Program-made: the position numbers and the translations under genes
The notes under the pieces: model-generated
What the model was told of the DNA's origin: nothing
Database searches by the model: none
What the model saw: the letters and a program-made list of their open reading frames with translations, nothing else
Part shown: positions 1-10,308 of the stretch, one piece after another
Position numbering within the stretch: position 1 is the stretch's first letter
Layout of the letters: each line of letters opens with the position of its first letter
DNA from: a virus
Taxonomy: Duplodnaviria > Caudoviricetes
DNA length: 61,960 nt
IMG/VR virus record: IMGVR_UViG_3300020156_000031
Span: 1 to 61,960 of that record
Direction: 5' to 3' (one strand)

Positions 1-8
1 GTTTCTCC

Positions 9-1508
9 TTAGAAGAGGCCGCCGAGAATTGAGCCGAGGATGCCAAAGAGCCCGTCGTCGCTCTCGGTGGTGACCGTGCCTTCGCGCGGCGAGCCCTGCG
101 CCGCCTGCAAAAGCCGGATCGCGGAGTTGTAATCCTTCGCCGCGACGGCTTCCTGGAACCGCTGCTGCGTCTGGCGCTTCAGTTCTTCCTGGCTCTGGGC
201 GATCGTGCCGGCATTCATCAGCGCGTCGTTGACGGTCATGAAGTTCTGCAGGCTGTTGTTGCCGAGGCCCTGGATGGCCTGCGCCGTCGTGGCCTTGCGC
301 TCCGTGGCGTTCTGCCGTGCCGCCTGATTGGAAAGCTCGACCTGCTGGTTCATCTGAGAACCCGCGAGGCGGTTCTGTCCGGTCTGGATATCCCCTTGAA
401 GCTGACGGGCGAGAGCATCATTGGCCGATGCCTGATTCCTGCTTGCCGCATCGAGGTTCATCTGCGCGCCGGCTTGCTTGAACTGGCCGCTCTGCACGTC
501 GCCCTGGAACTGCCTCTGAAGGGCGTTCTCGCGCATGGCCTGATTGGCCTTGTCGGCATCGAGGCCCATGGTTGCCCCGGCCTGCCTGAACTGACCTGTC
601 TGGATATCGCCCTGCAATTGGCGCTGGAGCGCGTTTTCCTGCATCGACTGGTTGGACTGCCCGGCGGTCAGCTTTCGCCCCTGCGCGGCCTCTGTGAGCT
701 GCGCATCCTGCGATTTCATGGAGTCCATCCGGCCCATGTCGGCCTGGCGCTGGGTCAGTGCGTTGAGGAACGCATCCGCCATCGTCCGTCCGGTGGTGTC
801 GGAAATCGCCTCGTTGGTCTTGGCGAAGTTCTCGCCTTCCATGATGCCGTGCCGCGCATCGCCGAAGGCGCCGGACATCGCCGCCGAAGCACCGATCGAG
901 CGGCGCTGGCGCTCGCTCTCTTCCTGGATTTCGCGAACCTGCGGATCGAGAACCTGCTGCAGATACGGGCTGATATAGGAGGCGATGGCCCCGAGGGGGC
1001 CGCTTTCATCCATGATGCCGGTGGTCGAAAGCGCCGGCGCCGCCCGCCCATAGGCGTTCTCGTCGAGCATTCCGGCCTGACCGAGGCCCTTGGTCACGTC
1101 ATAGCTGAACCGCGGATCGCTCACCGCGCCCGCCTCGCCCAGCCCCTGCGTTACCGTGTGGCTGAAGTTCGGCATGGAAATGTCGGCGGCCTTGCCGAGG
1201 CCCTTGGTGATGTCGTAGCTGAAGTTCTGGGAATTGGCGAGTTCGGGCGCCGCGCCCTCGTATTCGTCCCAAAGCCCTTCCGCCTTGTTCAGCCCGAACA
1301 TGTCGTCGAGGTTCTGGTCGGCGAGCCAATCGACATTGCCGATCGCCCCTTCCTGCATGTCGTTCATGCCGGTGTAGAGGCTTTCCCCCTTCTTGGACCC
1401 GTAGACATAGTTCTTGTCGCTGCCGAGCCATTTTTCGATGTCGCCGAGCGCGTTCTTGGTCGGCTTCTTGATATAGCCGGGAAGGGTGGATTCTTGGGTC
1501 TGGGCCAT
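9..1508 (-). CDS. Internal virion / DNA ejection (pilot-like) protein
   Basis: Q/A/G-rich with internal repeats, GAFG motif, C-terminal GLFGILGSILGGLF helix; follows tail genes. Confidence 0.65.
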   Translation of the reverse strand: MAQTQESTLPGYIKKPTKNALGDIEKWLGSDKNYVYGSKKGESLYTGMNDMQEGAIGNVDWLADQNLDDMFGLNKAEGLWDEYEGAAPELANSQNFSYDITKGLGKAADISMPNFSHTVTQGLGEAGAVSDPRFSYDVTKGLGQAGMLDENAYGRAAPALSTTGIMDESGPLGAIASYISPYLQQVLDPQVREIQEESERQRRSIGASAAMSGAFGDARHGIMEGENFAKTNEAISDTTGRTMADAFLNALTQRQADMGRMDSMKSQDAQLTEAAQGRKLTAGQSNQSMQENALQRQLQGDIQTGQFRQAGATMGLDADKANQAMRENALQRQFQGDVQSGQFKQAGAQMNLDAASRNQASANDALARQLQGDIQTGQNRLAGSQMNQQVELSNQAARQNATERKATTAQAIQGLGNNSLQNFMTVNDALMNAGTIAQSQEELKRQTQQRFQEAVAAKDYNSAIRLLQAAQGSPREGTVTTESDDGLFGILGSILGGLF

Positions 1509-1513
1509 TGCGT

Positions 1514-1771
1514 TCAGCCTTTCTTGGCCCCGCCTCTCGCGAGGTCGAGGAGAAGGGTTGCCACGACATTCGCGAGGTCGGTCAGCGTGGCTGTCGCCAC
1601 GTCGAGTTCGCGGGTTTCCGTGTAGTTTGTGATGGTGAAGTCGCTGGCGATCACGCCCGGGTCTTTCTCGAAACTCGCCATTTCGATCTCGCGGAGCGCG
1701 GACACGACAAAGCGCCCCTCCGCCGACTGGTGCATCGAGGGAGGGGGAGAGCCGACAAAGACACGTCTCAT
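1514..1771 (-). CDS. Hypothetical structural protein (85 aa)
   Basis: Translationally coupled ORF in the late operon. Confidence 0.6.
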   Translation of the reverse strand: MRRVFVGSPPPSMHQSAEGRFVVSALREIEMASFEKDPGVIASDFTITNYTETRELDVATATLTDLANVVATLLLDLARGGAKKG

Positions 1772-3564
1772 GAGCTGGAATTTCGCTTCTTGCCGGCGGC
1801 GCTGACTTCGAGCCCGAACTTGCCGAGCCGGAAATCCCCGCCGAGGGTGTTGGAGGTGATCTTGAGCCCGACCTGCCGGCCCGCCACGCGCGGCTCCACC
1901 AGCTTGTCGGTTTCCGAGATCGTGATGGTTTCGCTCATCACCACCTCGTCGCGGGGGTGATCCTTGCCGTAGATGTAGAGGGACAGATCGCCGCTCTGCC
2001 GCTCGAAATCGGGCACGAAGCCGAAGATGTCGACCGGCTGGTTGCCGCCCTCCAGATCGAACGGGGCGAGTTCGATATGGGCCGACATCGCCGAACTGTC
2101 GTCATTGCTGACTTCCGCCACGTCATGCACCCACACGCGGCCCTGCCCCAGCATGACGGGCCGGGTTTCGCCGAATGCGAACTTGGTTCCGGCGGTGCGG
2201 TCCATCGTGCCGTTGACCCACGAGAAGTCATTGAGGTTGACCGCGACATAGGTGTCCGGCTCGCTTCCCCCGGTCGGGAAGAAGAACCACACCTCGTTGT
2301 ATTTGCTGTTGAAGATCGCGAAGGATTTCACGGCCTGCACGATGTCGATGTTGTCGAACACCCAATCGAGAATGTCGGAGGAATTGGGGATGGTCTGGAC
2401 GGTGCCGTTGAACAGGTGGAAGTTCCGGTTGGACATCCAGAACACCGCGCTGTCGGTCTTGCAGAAGGCGTGGGGGCCGATCAGCCCGCATTCGTCGCCC
2501 GCCGCACGGCTGTCATAGACCGCCGACGATCCGGTGAACTGGAACATGAACAGCTTGGCATCGCTCCACACCAGGGAGGCGCCGAGGGAGAAGGACGTTC
2601 CCGCGATCAGCTTCGTGCCGCCCTGAAGCTTGCGCTCGTTGGCGGTGTTGGTGCTGGATGGTGTCCAGTCCGTGAAATCCTCGATGTCCGGCCATCTCAC
2701 GGTCATCTTGTCGTAAGCGCCGGCCAGTGTGGTGCAGCCCAGCGCGAAGATATAGCGCTCCTGGGTGACGAACAGCGAGCGGACCTGCTCGGGCGCTCCC
2801 GAGACGCGCTCCGGCCGCACCGCGCCGGCGGATGCGTCATAGTGAAAGATCGTTCCGTCGCTGGGGCACAGCATCAGGTCTTCGCCGTAGAAATCCAGGC
2901 TCCAGATCATCGGCTCGGTGACGGCGCCCAGACCGAGCGAAACATCCATCCCGTAATAGCCGTAGCCGTAGAGCCCGACACCCCATCCGGTGAGATATTC
3001 AGGGTCCACCAGCCCGACATTGACGTAGTAGGAGACGGTGACGCTCCCGCCGCCGGTTGCCGTCGACGAGGCGTTCGAGCCGGCGGTGATGGTGTATTCG
3101 TCATCGCCCACTATCGAGGCGACGAGATATTCCCCGTCGATGGTCAGCCCGCCGACCGCGGTTGCACCGTCGAACAGCACCTTGGTTCCCACCGACGTAA
3201 TGCCGTGCGCGGTGTCGTTGACCGTGACGATCGGAGAGCCGCTGGTGGTCTCGAAGGGATCGGTCAGCGTGTCTTCCACGACGCGGAACGGCGTGATCGA
3301 AGTCAGGGAGCCGTTTCTGATCAGATGCAGATCGGTGGCGGTGCCGAAGCAGATGATCTGCGTTCCGTCGAAGGAGGTCCATGCCTTTACGCCGCGCGCA
3401 TAGCCTTCGTATTCGTCCTCGATCAGCCGCTGGAACCCGCCGATCTTCTCGGGATAGCCGCCATTGAACCGCACCTTGTCGGCGTCGATCCAGCGCCCGG
3501 AGGCCGCATAGGGGCTATCCGCCTTGACCACGCCAGGCGGTACGGTCATCGGAAAGAACGGCAT
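1768..3564 (-). CDS. Tail stabilization/nozzle protein (P22 gp10 / tail tubular B-like)
   Basis: ~600 aa beta-rich ORF starting MPFFPMTVPPG, with WIDADKVRF..GYPEKIGG N-terminus; podovirus tail position; start reassigned to 3564. Confidence 0.7.
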   Translation of the reverse strand: MPFFPMTVPPGVVKADSPYAASGRWIDADKVRFNGGYPEKIGGFQRLIEDEYEGYARGVKAWTSFDGTQIICFGTATDLHLIRNGSLTSITPFRVVEDTLTDPFETTSGSPIVTVNDTAHGITSVGTKVLFDGATAVGGLTIDGEYLVASIVGDDEYTITAGSNASSTATGGGSVTVSYYVNVGLVDPEYLTGWGVGLYGYGYYGMDVSLGLGAVTEPMIWSLDFYGEDLMLCPSDGTIFHYDASAGAVRPERVSGAPEQVRSLFVTQERYIFALGCTTLAGAYDKMTVRWPDIEDFTDWTPSSTNTANERKLQGGTKLIAGTSFSLGASLVWSDAKLFMFQFTGSSAVYDSRAAGDECGLIGPHAFCKTDSAVFWMSNRNFHLFNGTVQTIPNSSDILDWVFDNIDIVQAVKSFAIFNSKYNEVWFFFPTGGSEPDTYVAVNLNDFSWVNGTMDRTAGTKFAFGETRPVMLGQGRVWVHDVAEVSNDDSSAMSAHIELAPFDLEGGNQPVDIFGFVPDFERQSGDLSLYIYGKDHPRDEVVMSETITISETDKLVEPRVAGRQVGLKITSNTLGGDFRLGKFGLEVSAAGKKRNSSS

Positions 3565-3566
3565 GG

Positions 3567-4136
3567 TTATTCCGGCCAGGCCAGGGAGGGCAGTTCGCCC
3601 TCGATCTCGGAGAAGGCGGAGGGAATGTCGCGGGTGCCGGCTTCCACCTCCGCCAGCATGGCATAGAGCGCGCCCCACATTGCATCGCGCGCCGCGACGG
3701 CATAGGTGCCTTCCGCCGCGAATTGCGCATTGGTGGAGGCCGCATAGGTCGAAGCGGAAAGAATGCCGTCATAGCCGCGCGTTTTGGCGAAATCGTCCAG
3801 CCTGGCTTGCGCGGCGGCGACGATCGATGCCTTCAGCGCTTCGTGACGCTGGGCCGTCCAGTTGGCGACATAGGCGTCCTGTTCGGCCTGTGAGGCGAAG
3901 GAAGGCTCGAGCTTGTATTTCGTGCGCCAGACGCCATCGACCTTCTCGGCTCCGTCCTCGACCGGATGCTGCCATGGCTCGCCGGAGGGCGGCGCGGCTT
4001 CGGAAACCACGTCGATCCCGCTGAAGCCGGCGAGCGACTGCGCGGTGACGCTTCGGGGGAAGCTCGTATGGGGATTCCGCGCCTGGAAATCCGCCACCGA
4101 GATCACCTCGCCGGTCGATTTGATCCTGACTTTCAT
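3567..4136 (-). CDS. Tail fibre assembly-like protein
   Basis: Start MKVRIKST; LDDFAKTRGYD...ELPSLAWPE C-terminus resembles tail assembly chaperones. Confidence 0.6.
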   Translation of the reverse strand: MKVRIKSTGEVISVADFQARNPHTSFPRSVTAQSLAGFSGIDVVSEAAPPSGEPWQHPVEDGAEKVDGVWRTKYKLEPSFASQAEQDAYVANWTAQRHEALKASIVAAAQARLDDFAKTRGYDGILSASTYAASTNAQFAAEGTYAVAARDAMWGALYAMLAEVEAGTRDIPSAFSEIEGELPSLAWPE

Positions 4137-4146
4137 GGTGCTTTCC

Positions 4147-4737
4147 TCATTCCGCCGCGAGCATTTCGATGACGACGGTGAACCATTGCTGGCCGCCCCC
4201 CATTGCTGCCGTGGCGCTCGACCAGCTCGTAACGAAATCGTTGTCGAAGAAGGATGCAAAGCCCTCGTGCCGCTCAGTGTAGCCGGTCGGCGTGTTCAGC
4301 CCTGTAATGTAGTCCCCCTCCCCCGCGGCCATGGCGAGCAGCCACGACGAGCCATCCGTTTCGTCAAGCGTTCCCCCAGCATAGGTCAGGGTCGGGCCGT
4401 TTCCGGTGTCTGTCTGTGCGGTTCCGATGCTTCCGACATTGCGATAGACCACGGTGAATACATTGGAGGCGTTGGTCCATGTCCTAGGCGGCTCACTAGA
4501 GGATGTTGCGAACTTGTAGCCGAGCCGAACGGCCCAGCCGGACCCTGAATAGGTAGTGATGCTTGTGTAGTCGCTTGCCAGGGACGGTACAGTGCTATTG
4601 TTCACGTTCCAGGCCGAGACGACGATCAGATCATCTGTCAGATGGCTAGGCACCGATGTGCCTGCGCCCTCAGTTTCGAGCTTTGACACAAAAGAGATCA
4701 GCAGTTTACCGGAATCAACCCCGTCACATGCGAACAT
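4147..4737 (-). CDS. Putative tail-associated protein
   Basis: S/T/G-rich beta-type ORF between tail genes. Confidence 0.55.
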   Translation of the reverse strand: MFACDGVDSGKLLISFVSKLETEGAGTSVPSHLTDDLIVVSAWNVNNSTVPSLASDYTSITTYSGSGWAVRLGYKFATSSSEPPRTWTNASNVFTVVYRNVGSIGTAQTDTGNGPTLTYAGGTLDETDGSSWLLAMAAGEGDYITGLNTPTGYTERHEGFASFFDNDFVTSWSSATAAMGGGQQWFTVVIEMLAAE

Positions 4738-4746
4738 CGACCGCCC

Positions 4747-5670
4747 TCACAGATAGTTCCGTCCGATGGTGCGCCCGAACCAGTAGGTGCCATCGGAGGT
4801 GAATGCGAAGAGATCGGCCTTGCTCGCGGTCGCTGTAAGAGTCGGCGCGGTTCCGGCGGGCCATTTCACGGCGGAGGGCCAGGTCACGGTGCGCGAGCCC
4901 GTCCCGTCCTGCTTCTGGACGAGAAGGAATGATTTCCCAGCCGATGCCGTGGGGAAGGTATAGGTGCAGTTCCCCGTCAATGTGAGGATTTGTACCGTCC
5001 CGTTGGCGAGGTCGATCGTGTAGGCCGTCGAGGTATTGGCGGAGACGGTTTCCTCGGTATAGCCGTTGTTGAAGGTGGCGCCGTTCACCGTCGGCGTGTT
5101 GAGCGTGGGCGACGTCAGGGTCTTCCCCGAAAGCGTCTGGGTGTCGGTCGTTCCCACAACCGTTCCAGAAGGCGCGGTCTTGCCCGCCCATGTCGTGAGA
5201 TCGGCATCATAGGCCTGAACGCTGACGCCGATATCGTCCTCATCCAGATAGCCGGAAAGATCGAGCGTGCTGGATTCGATCAGCTTGATCGCCGTCTCGC
5301 CGTCCGAATAGAAGAAGGCATTCTTGCCCTGGGTGATCGTCTCCCCGCTTCCCCCCGAAGGCTTCACGGTCACGGTATAGGCGCCCGACGTGCCGTTCTT
5401 GACCGCCCAGAACCCTTTTTGATCGGCCTTCAGGATGATGGAGCGGTTGCCGGTCAGTGCGCCGGACAGGTTGAGAAACAGAGAGCGGTGCTGCGCATCG
5501 GTCAGCGTGACATCGGCCGAGGTGACCGCGATATCGGAGCTTTCGGTGATCGCGTCCTCGAGAAATTCCAGATTGGAGGTGTTGGCCGCGCCCCAATTGT
5601 CGAAGCCGAGAACGCCGCTGTCTCCCAGCGCCAGGAGCGCCAGCAGGAGATTGGAGGATGTGGTCGCCAT
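4747..5670 (-). CDS. Tail fibre-like protein
   Basis: Start MATTSSN; TDTQTLSGKTLTSPT shaft motif and IDLANG...QKQDGTGSRTVTWP C-terminal domain typical of phage fibres. Confidence 0.65.
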   Translation of the reverse strand: MATTSSNLLLALLALGDSGVLGFDNWGAANTSNLEFLEDAITESSDIAVTSADVTLTDAQHRSLFLNLSGALTGNRSIILKADQKGFWAVKNGTSGAYTVTVKPSGGSGETITQGKNAFFYSDGETAIKLIESSTLDLSGYLDEDDIGVSVQAYDADLTTWAGKTAPSGTVVGTTDTQTLSGKTLTSPTLNTPTVNGATFNNGYTEETVSANTSTAYTIDLANGTVQILTLTGNCTYTFPTASAGKSFLLVQKQDGTGSRTVTWPSAVKWPAGTAPTLTATASKADLFAFTSDGTYWFGRTIGRNYL

Positions 5671-6305
5671 CAGTTTTCCTCCCAATTCATATCCAGTTCG
5701 ACCCCGCGCAGCGCGAAGTCGCTTTCGGACTTGATTTCCTCGATCTGCTGGAGCGCGCGGAGTTCGGACTGGTTCATCAGGTCGTATTCCTTGCGGGCCT
5801 CGGCGGCGAAGGTCAGGCACACCCGGCGCACCAGCGACGGATAGCGCTCGGTCAGCCAGTTTGTGGGATTGTCGGCGGAGAGAAGATCGGGCTTCTTGAA
5901 GAACACGAATTTCGCGGTATAGGCCTGATCCGCCTTGGTGTTGAACTGCATCAGCCCGTTGAAGTCGCACCAGTAGGACGGCGGGTCTTCGGGCAGGCTT
6001 GCGTCCTCATCCCATGCGAGATGGGTCCGGAACCATTCGGGGTCTTTGAGCCGCACCCTCGCGACATAGCCTGGAATGGAAAGCTGGATCGGATCGAGAT
6101 AGCCGGTCGGAAACGAGGCGGTGGAGGCTTCGGCGGCAATCGCGACATCGGCGGTCGCCGACATCTGCCGCACCCGGAGCTTTGAATAAATCCACGCCTG
6201 CGCCTCTTCCAGGATGCCCTCGGCATCGATCCGCGAATAGTTGATCGCGTATTTGATCGAGCCTTCGGTCGCGGCGTCGGCGACAAGCGTGGAGAAATTC
6301 ATCAC
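5670..6305 (-). CDS. Head-tail adaptor protein
   Basis: Position after head genes; NPTNWL motif; size typical of podovirus adaptors. Confidence 0.6.
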   Translation of the reverse strand: MMNFSTLVADAATEGSIKYAINYSRIDAEGILEEAQAWIYSKLRVRQMSATADVAIAAEASTASFPTGYLDPIQLSIPGYVARVRLKDPEWFRTHLAWDEDASLPEDPPSYWCDFNGLMQFNTKADQAYTAKFVFFKKPDLLSADNPTNWLTERYPSLVRRVCLTFAAEARKEYDLMNQSELRALQQIEEIKSESDFALRGVELDMNWEEN

Positions 6306-6306
6306 G

Positions 6307-6690
6307 TCACCACTTCACATCGTCATGGGAAACGACGCCGGCGTCCACCAGCGCGGTTTTCGTGGATTTGGCTGTGCCGACATCGGCGTCGGGATAAAGC
6401 GCCTTGACGGCCGCCTTCACGCTGAAGAAGCCGTATTTCTTTTCGCCCCTGGCCCAGCCAGCCAGATCGATCTCGTCTTCGCCTTTGTCGCCTTCGTCGG
6501 TAACGGGTGCCTTCTTGACTTCAGAAGCGGAAAGGGCGGCTTTCACCGCCCCATTCGCCCCCGCGTCACTTCTCAGATACCGGCCATCGACCCCGAAATA
6601 GTGTCCGTCCTGCCAGAAATGGGCATCGCTGGGTGGGCACAGGGTTCCGAAGTGCCGGTTCTTGTCGAGTTGCGGGAGAGCCATGGTCAC
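6307..6690 (-). CDS. Hypothetical protein
   Basis: Coupled ORF in the late operon. Confidence 0.6.
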   Translation of the reverse strand: MTMALPQLDKNRHFGTLCPPSDAHFWQDGHYFGVDGRYLRSDAGANGAVKAALSASEVKKAPVTDEGDKGEDEIDLAGWARGEKKYGFFSVKAAVKALYPDADVGTAKSTKTALVDAGVVSHDDVKW

Positions 6691-6884
6691 TTTCCTTTCG
6701 GAGTGGACGCACCCGAAATCGAGTGACCGAGGTTGTTCTGGCCGCCGCCGATCTTCGAATTGCTGAGATTGGCGGTTGCCGAATAGCCCTTGGGCTGGAT
6801 CGAGGAGGTATCGACGCCCGAAGCCTTCATGAGCTTCGTGCCGCGGGCGCCGGAAATGGTGGTCTTGGTTTCCATGGGGATCAA
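6687..6884 (-). CDS. Hypothetical protein (65 aa)
   Basis: Start/stop overlaps with both neighbours. Confidence 0.55.
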   Translation of the reverse strand: MIPMETKTTISGARGTKLMKASGVDTSSIQPKGYSATANLSNSKIGGGQNNLGHSISGASTPKGK

Positions 6885-7105
6885 TCCATCATGTAGGAGT
6901 CGAACAGGCAGTCGTCGTCGGTCTTCAGGTTCGGACTTGCGTTCCGGGCCTTGGACCAGCGATAGGGCTGCTCGTTGCGCTCGAAGTTTTCACGGCGAAG
7001 GATGGTGTATCCATCCCTCAGTGGATCGGTCCCGCCGCTCGGCTTGATCGGTTCTTCCGAATTGCGCGGGTTGCGGGAACGGTATCTGCGATTGTCGGTG
7101 GACAT
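6881..7105 (-). CDS. Hypothetical protein (74 aa)
   Basis: AAGGA SD upstream; coupled to next ORF. Confidence 0.55.
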   Translation of the reverse strand: MSTDNRRYRSRNPRNSEEPIKPSGGTDPLRDGYTILRRENFERNEQPYRWSKARNASPNLKTDDDCLFDSYMMD

Positions 7106-7156
7106 TGGCAGGTTCCTTCATGTTGGGCCGCCCGCCCGAAAGCGAGCGGCAGGGGC

Positions 7157-7552
7157 TCACAGAGCCCAATCGACGATCACGGTGACCGTGCCGATGCCTG
7201 CCGGCGTGCCGCCGGTCGGGGCGGTGCATGTCACCTCGACCTGGGTATCGGCCGGGATCGATGCGGAGATGATCGCGTCGGTGTCGGTGACGCCATCATC
7301 GGATGCCACGCTGTCCGTCGCCGCCGTGGTGCCGAGGTTCATCAGCGCGTAGGCGTCGGTATCGGCCGCCGTGCCGACCATGATGTTGGCTTCGGTGGTC
7401 GTGTTGGTGAAGGTTTCGGAGGCCGAGAGGTGGATGCAGACCAGACGGCCTGCCTTTCCCTTCGGTCCCTGGAACGAATGCGAGGTGGAGCCGGCGCCGA
7501 AATCCACGGTCGGGAAGACGTAGAACCGGCGGTCGGGGTTCGAATAAGACAT
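7157..7552 (-). CDS. Putative capsid decoration/cement protein
   Basis: 131 aa beta-rich ORF immediately after the major capsid gene. Confidence 0.55.
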   Translation of the reverse strand: MSYSNPDRRFYVFPTVDFGAGSTSHSFQGPKGKAGRLVCIHLSASETFTNTTTEANIMVGTAADTDAYALMNLGTTAATDSVASDDGVTDTDAIISASIPADTQVEVTCTAPTGGTPAGIGTVTVIVDWAL

Positions 7553-7615
7553 CGCGGATGCCCTTTCTTCTTCGAGTTGAGGAGATGGACCGGGGCGAAC
7601 CCCGGCCCAGCCGGA

Positions 7616-8626
7616 TCAGGCGGCGCTGTCCCACAGGACGCAGCGCGCATTGGCCGCGTCGGAGTGGGTGAGGCCGAAGCCGCCGAGGTAGAACCAGGCG
7701 AGGCCCATGGAGCGGCCGTAGTCTTCCGGGATTTTGGCGCGCACTTCTTCCGGCACCGCCGGCGCTTCGATCACCGTGTCGGAGCCGAAGAACAGGCACC
7801 AGGACGACTTGGCGTTGTTCCAGTTGTCGTTCGTGGCCCGGTAGATGTAGTTGCTCGAAGCCGACGAGGCGGAGAAGGCCGCATCGTTGGCGTGACCCTT
7901 CGGCACTTCCGTCTGCTCGACGAAGCGAGCGTTGCGGTAGCGGCCGATTTCGCCCCGGAAGATCAGGGAGATGCCGGTTTCCGTGTACTGATGGATGTCC
8001 TCCATCTCGTCGCGGACATTGGTGAGGGTCGAGGCATGGCTGATGGCGGCGTAGTCGTCGCCGTCATAGGCCGGGATGTTACGATCCTTCATCGTGTCGG
8101 TGATGGCCTTTACGTGACCGAGGCCGAGCGCGACGTTGTTGGTCGTGGAGGCCGCGCCGTTCTCGGTCAGGACGATGGCGGTCGTCGAAGTGCCGGAGTC
8201 GGGCGAGACGCGCAGCGGGGTCTGGAAGAACTGGTAGGCGGCCGCACGATCGAGGGTTCCGCGTGCGTCGTCGCGAAGCACCTGGTCCACCGCGTCCTTG
8301 ACCGACAGTTCCGACTGAAGGTCGAGAAGGTTGGTGTAGGGCACGGAATTGCCGAATTCCTGGATCGTCAGTTCGGACTGGCCGATCGTGGCTTCGCTTT
8401 CCGGCATGCGCTGGAGTTCGCTGATGGGGCCGCCACGTGTTGCGATCGTGGAGATGCGGTCCCACCGATAGGTGTTGCCCTTGTGAAGGCCGAGGGCATC
8501 ACCCTTGGGGTCGGCAAAGGCGCGGAACTTGCAGGTGTTCTGCAGGGCCATGCGCAGATGCTTGTCGAGATTGTCGGCGTAGAGATACCCACCCTTCGCA
8601 GGGGTGGACCATACCATACCGGTCAT
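7616..8626 (-). CDS. Major capsid protein (N4-gp56-like family)
   Basis: GEIGRY..RFVE and DYGRSMGLAW motifs; follows scaffold; start MTGMVW with AAGGA SD. Confidence 0.85.
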   Translation of the reverse strand: MTGMVWSTPAKGGYLYADNLDKHLRMALQNTCKFRAFADPKGDALGLHKGNTYRWDRISTIATRGGPISELQRMPESEATIGQSELTIQEFGNSVPYTNLLDLQSELSVKDAVDQVLRDDARGTLDRAAAYQFFQTPLRVSPDSGTSTTAIVLTENGAASTTNNVALGLGHVKAITDTMKDRNIPAYDGDDYAAISHASTLTNVRDEMEDIHQYTETGISLIFRGEIGRYRNARFVEQTEVPKGHANDAAFSASSASSNYIYRATNDNWNNAKSSWCLFFGSDTVIEAPAVPEEVRAKIPEDYGRSMGLAWFYLGGFGLTHSDAANARCVLWDSAA

Positions 8627-8649
8627 GGGGAGTTCCTTTCGGGTCGAGC

Positions 8650-9939
8650 CTATCGCCCGCGCCGGGAGTATTTCGCCTGCCTGAGCCATTCACGATTGAG
8701 ATCGTCCTTGCTCTTGGCGGGCGCCGTATCCAGGCCGGGCGCGATGTTGGCCCGTTGAGGTTGGGGAGCCATGGCCTGTTTGCGCGCGATGCGCTCTGCC
8801 ACGGCCGATTGCGTGTGATCCTGCCTTGCCGGCGGGGCCGGGGTGCGGGGATCGGGCATTCCGAAGGTCTGGCGCACGCGGGCGGCAGCGGTCCTCATGG
8901 CAGAGGCGCCGTCGGGAAGCTCGTAGCCTATGGAGCGGAGATAGCGCGTTGCCGCGCCCACTGCTGCCTTCGGCGGAAGATTGAACTTCCTGCTGATCTG
9001 GTCGATCATCTCGTCGGGAACGTTGAGGGCATGAAGGTTTTCCCTCATCACCCCTTCCAGTTCGTCGGCCAGCACCCGTTGCCGCGTGGCTGAATCCGCG
9101 AAGTCGGAATTTTCGGAGATGAACTCGTTGATCACCGTCTCGGTGTCGGCCTTGACGCGGGCATCTTCCTGTTCCTGCCGTATGGTAGCGGCAACAATGG
9201 ACTTGATGTCTCCGACATCGGCCCTCGCCTTGGCGAGTACCTGTGCACCGAATTTATTGAGGGCTTCCGCCCCTTCTTCGAGAGAACCGGTCTGAATGCG
9301 CTCGATTATCTCGTCCAGCTCGTCGTCCGTTGCCGGTTTGGTATCCTCTGCAACCTGTCGGGCTGATGCGGGCTGCGGCTGGGCAGTCTGGCTATGGTCG
9401 GCCATCATGCGTTCAACGGCAGCCAATCTCTCCTGTGCGGCCTGTAGGGCCTGCTGTTCGCGCTGCTTGATGAGCTTGGCCTGGCTGAGAATGTCATCCG
9501 AGGCCAGCGCAACCTGCGCGAAACCGATTACCTGTTCTTCGTCATATTCGCGCTCTTCGCCGTTCACCTTGACCTTGACGCGGCGCGGCGCCGGCATGGC
9601 CTCGAGGCTTTCGTCGGCGCCTTCGGCCCTGGCCGCGGCTTCGGCGGCTTCGCGGTCGGCGCGGGTCTGGAGGTTGTGGCCTCCCATCATCCGCTCGGTT
9701 TCGTCGGCGCGGTCGATCTCGGCGCCCCTGCCGTCCTTGCGGAGGCTTTCGAATATCTCCTGGCGCTTGCGGTCGGTCTTGTTGCCGAACTGCGGCGGCT
9801 CGGGCTTGTCGTCCCGTTCCACCCGTTCCGGTTCGCGCTCGCGGGTTTCGATGACCGCTTCGGTGTTGTCGGCGGGGGTTTCGAGTTCACGCAGGTCGTC
9901 GGCCGGCATCTCGCCGGTATTCTCATTCATCGATGTCAT
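8650..9939 (-). CDS. Capsid scaffolding protein
   Basis: Acidic coiled-coil with KVKVNGEERE motif, between portal and capsid. Confidence 0.75.
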   Translation of the reverse strand: MTSMNENTGEMPADDLRELETPADNTEAVIETREREPERVERDDKPEPPQFGNKTDRKRQEIFESLRKDGRGAEIDRADETERMMGGHNLQTRADREAAEAAARAEGADESLEAMPAPRRVKVKVNGEEREYDEEQVIGFAQVALASDDILSQAKLIKQREQQALQAAQERLAAVERMMADHSQTAQPQPASARQVAEDTKPATDDELDEIIERIQTGSLEEGAEALNKFGAQVLAKARADVGDIKSIVAATIRQEQEDARVKADTETVINEFISENSDFADSATRQRVLADELEGVMRENLHALNVPDEMIDQISRKFNLPPKAAVGAATRYLRSIGYELPDGASAMRTAAARVRQTFGMPDPRTPAPPARQDHTQSAVAERIARKQAMAPQPQRANIAPGLDTAPAKSKDDLNREWLRQAKYSRRGR

Positions 9940-10279
9940 CGTTTTCGCCTCTGACTATTGCACGGAGAATTTCGAGAGTGTCGGCATCGTGTTCCTGCGC
10001 CGTCTCGCGGCCTTCGAGGACAATCTGCCGTGTCCACGTCACGAGGTCGTCGTAGCGCTGGACCTGCCATTGCAGATTGCGGACTTCGGTATCCTGGGTT
10101 TCGACATAGACGAGGCGTTCAAGCGCCTCCTTGGCCTCGTCGAAGCCCTTTCGGAGCAGGGCGCTCAGCACGCCGCCCTTCTCCATCATGTCCTGCGCGT
10201 CGAACATGTCGGCGAGCGCCTGGATGCGAGGTTCGTCCATAGCCGTGTCGGCCGGATCCTCTCTGGGAAAGTCCGTCAT
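9923..10279 (-). CDS. Hypothetical head-module protein
   Basis: Helical 118-aa ORF between portal and scaffold. Confidence 0.6.
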   Translation of the reverse strand: MTDFPREDPADTAMDEPRIQALADMFDAQDMMEKGGVLSALLRKGFDEAKEALERLVYVETQDTEVRNLQWQVQRYDDLVTWTRQIVLEGRETAQEHDADTLEILRAIVRGENDDIDE

Positions 10280-10308
10280 ATCGCCTCAAATCTGGTCGTG
10301 GAGCGCGT

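Noticed and set aside
7105-7615. Hairpins after the capsid and decoration genes as terminators
   Set aside because: GC stems lack U-tracts; more likely ordinary mRNA-stabilising hairpins
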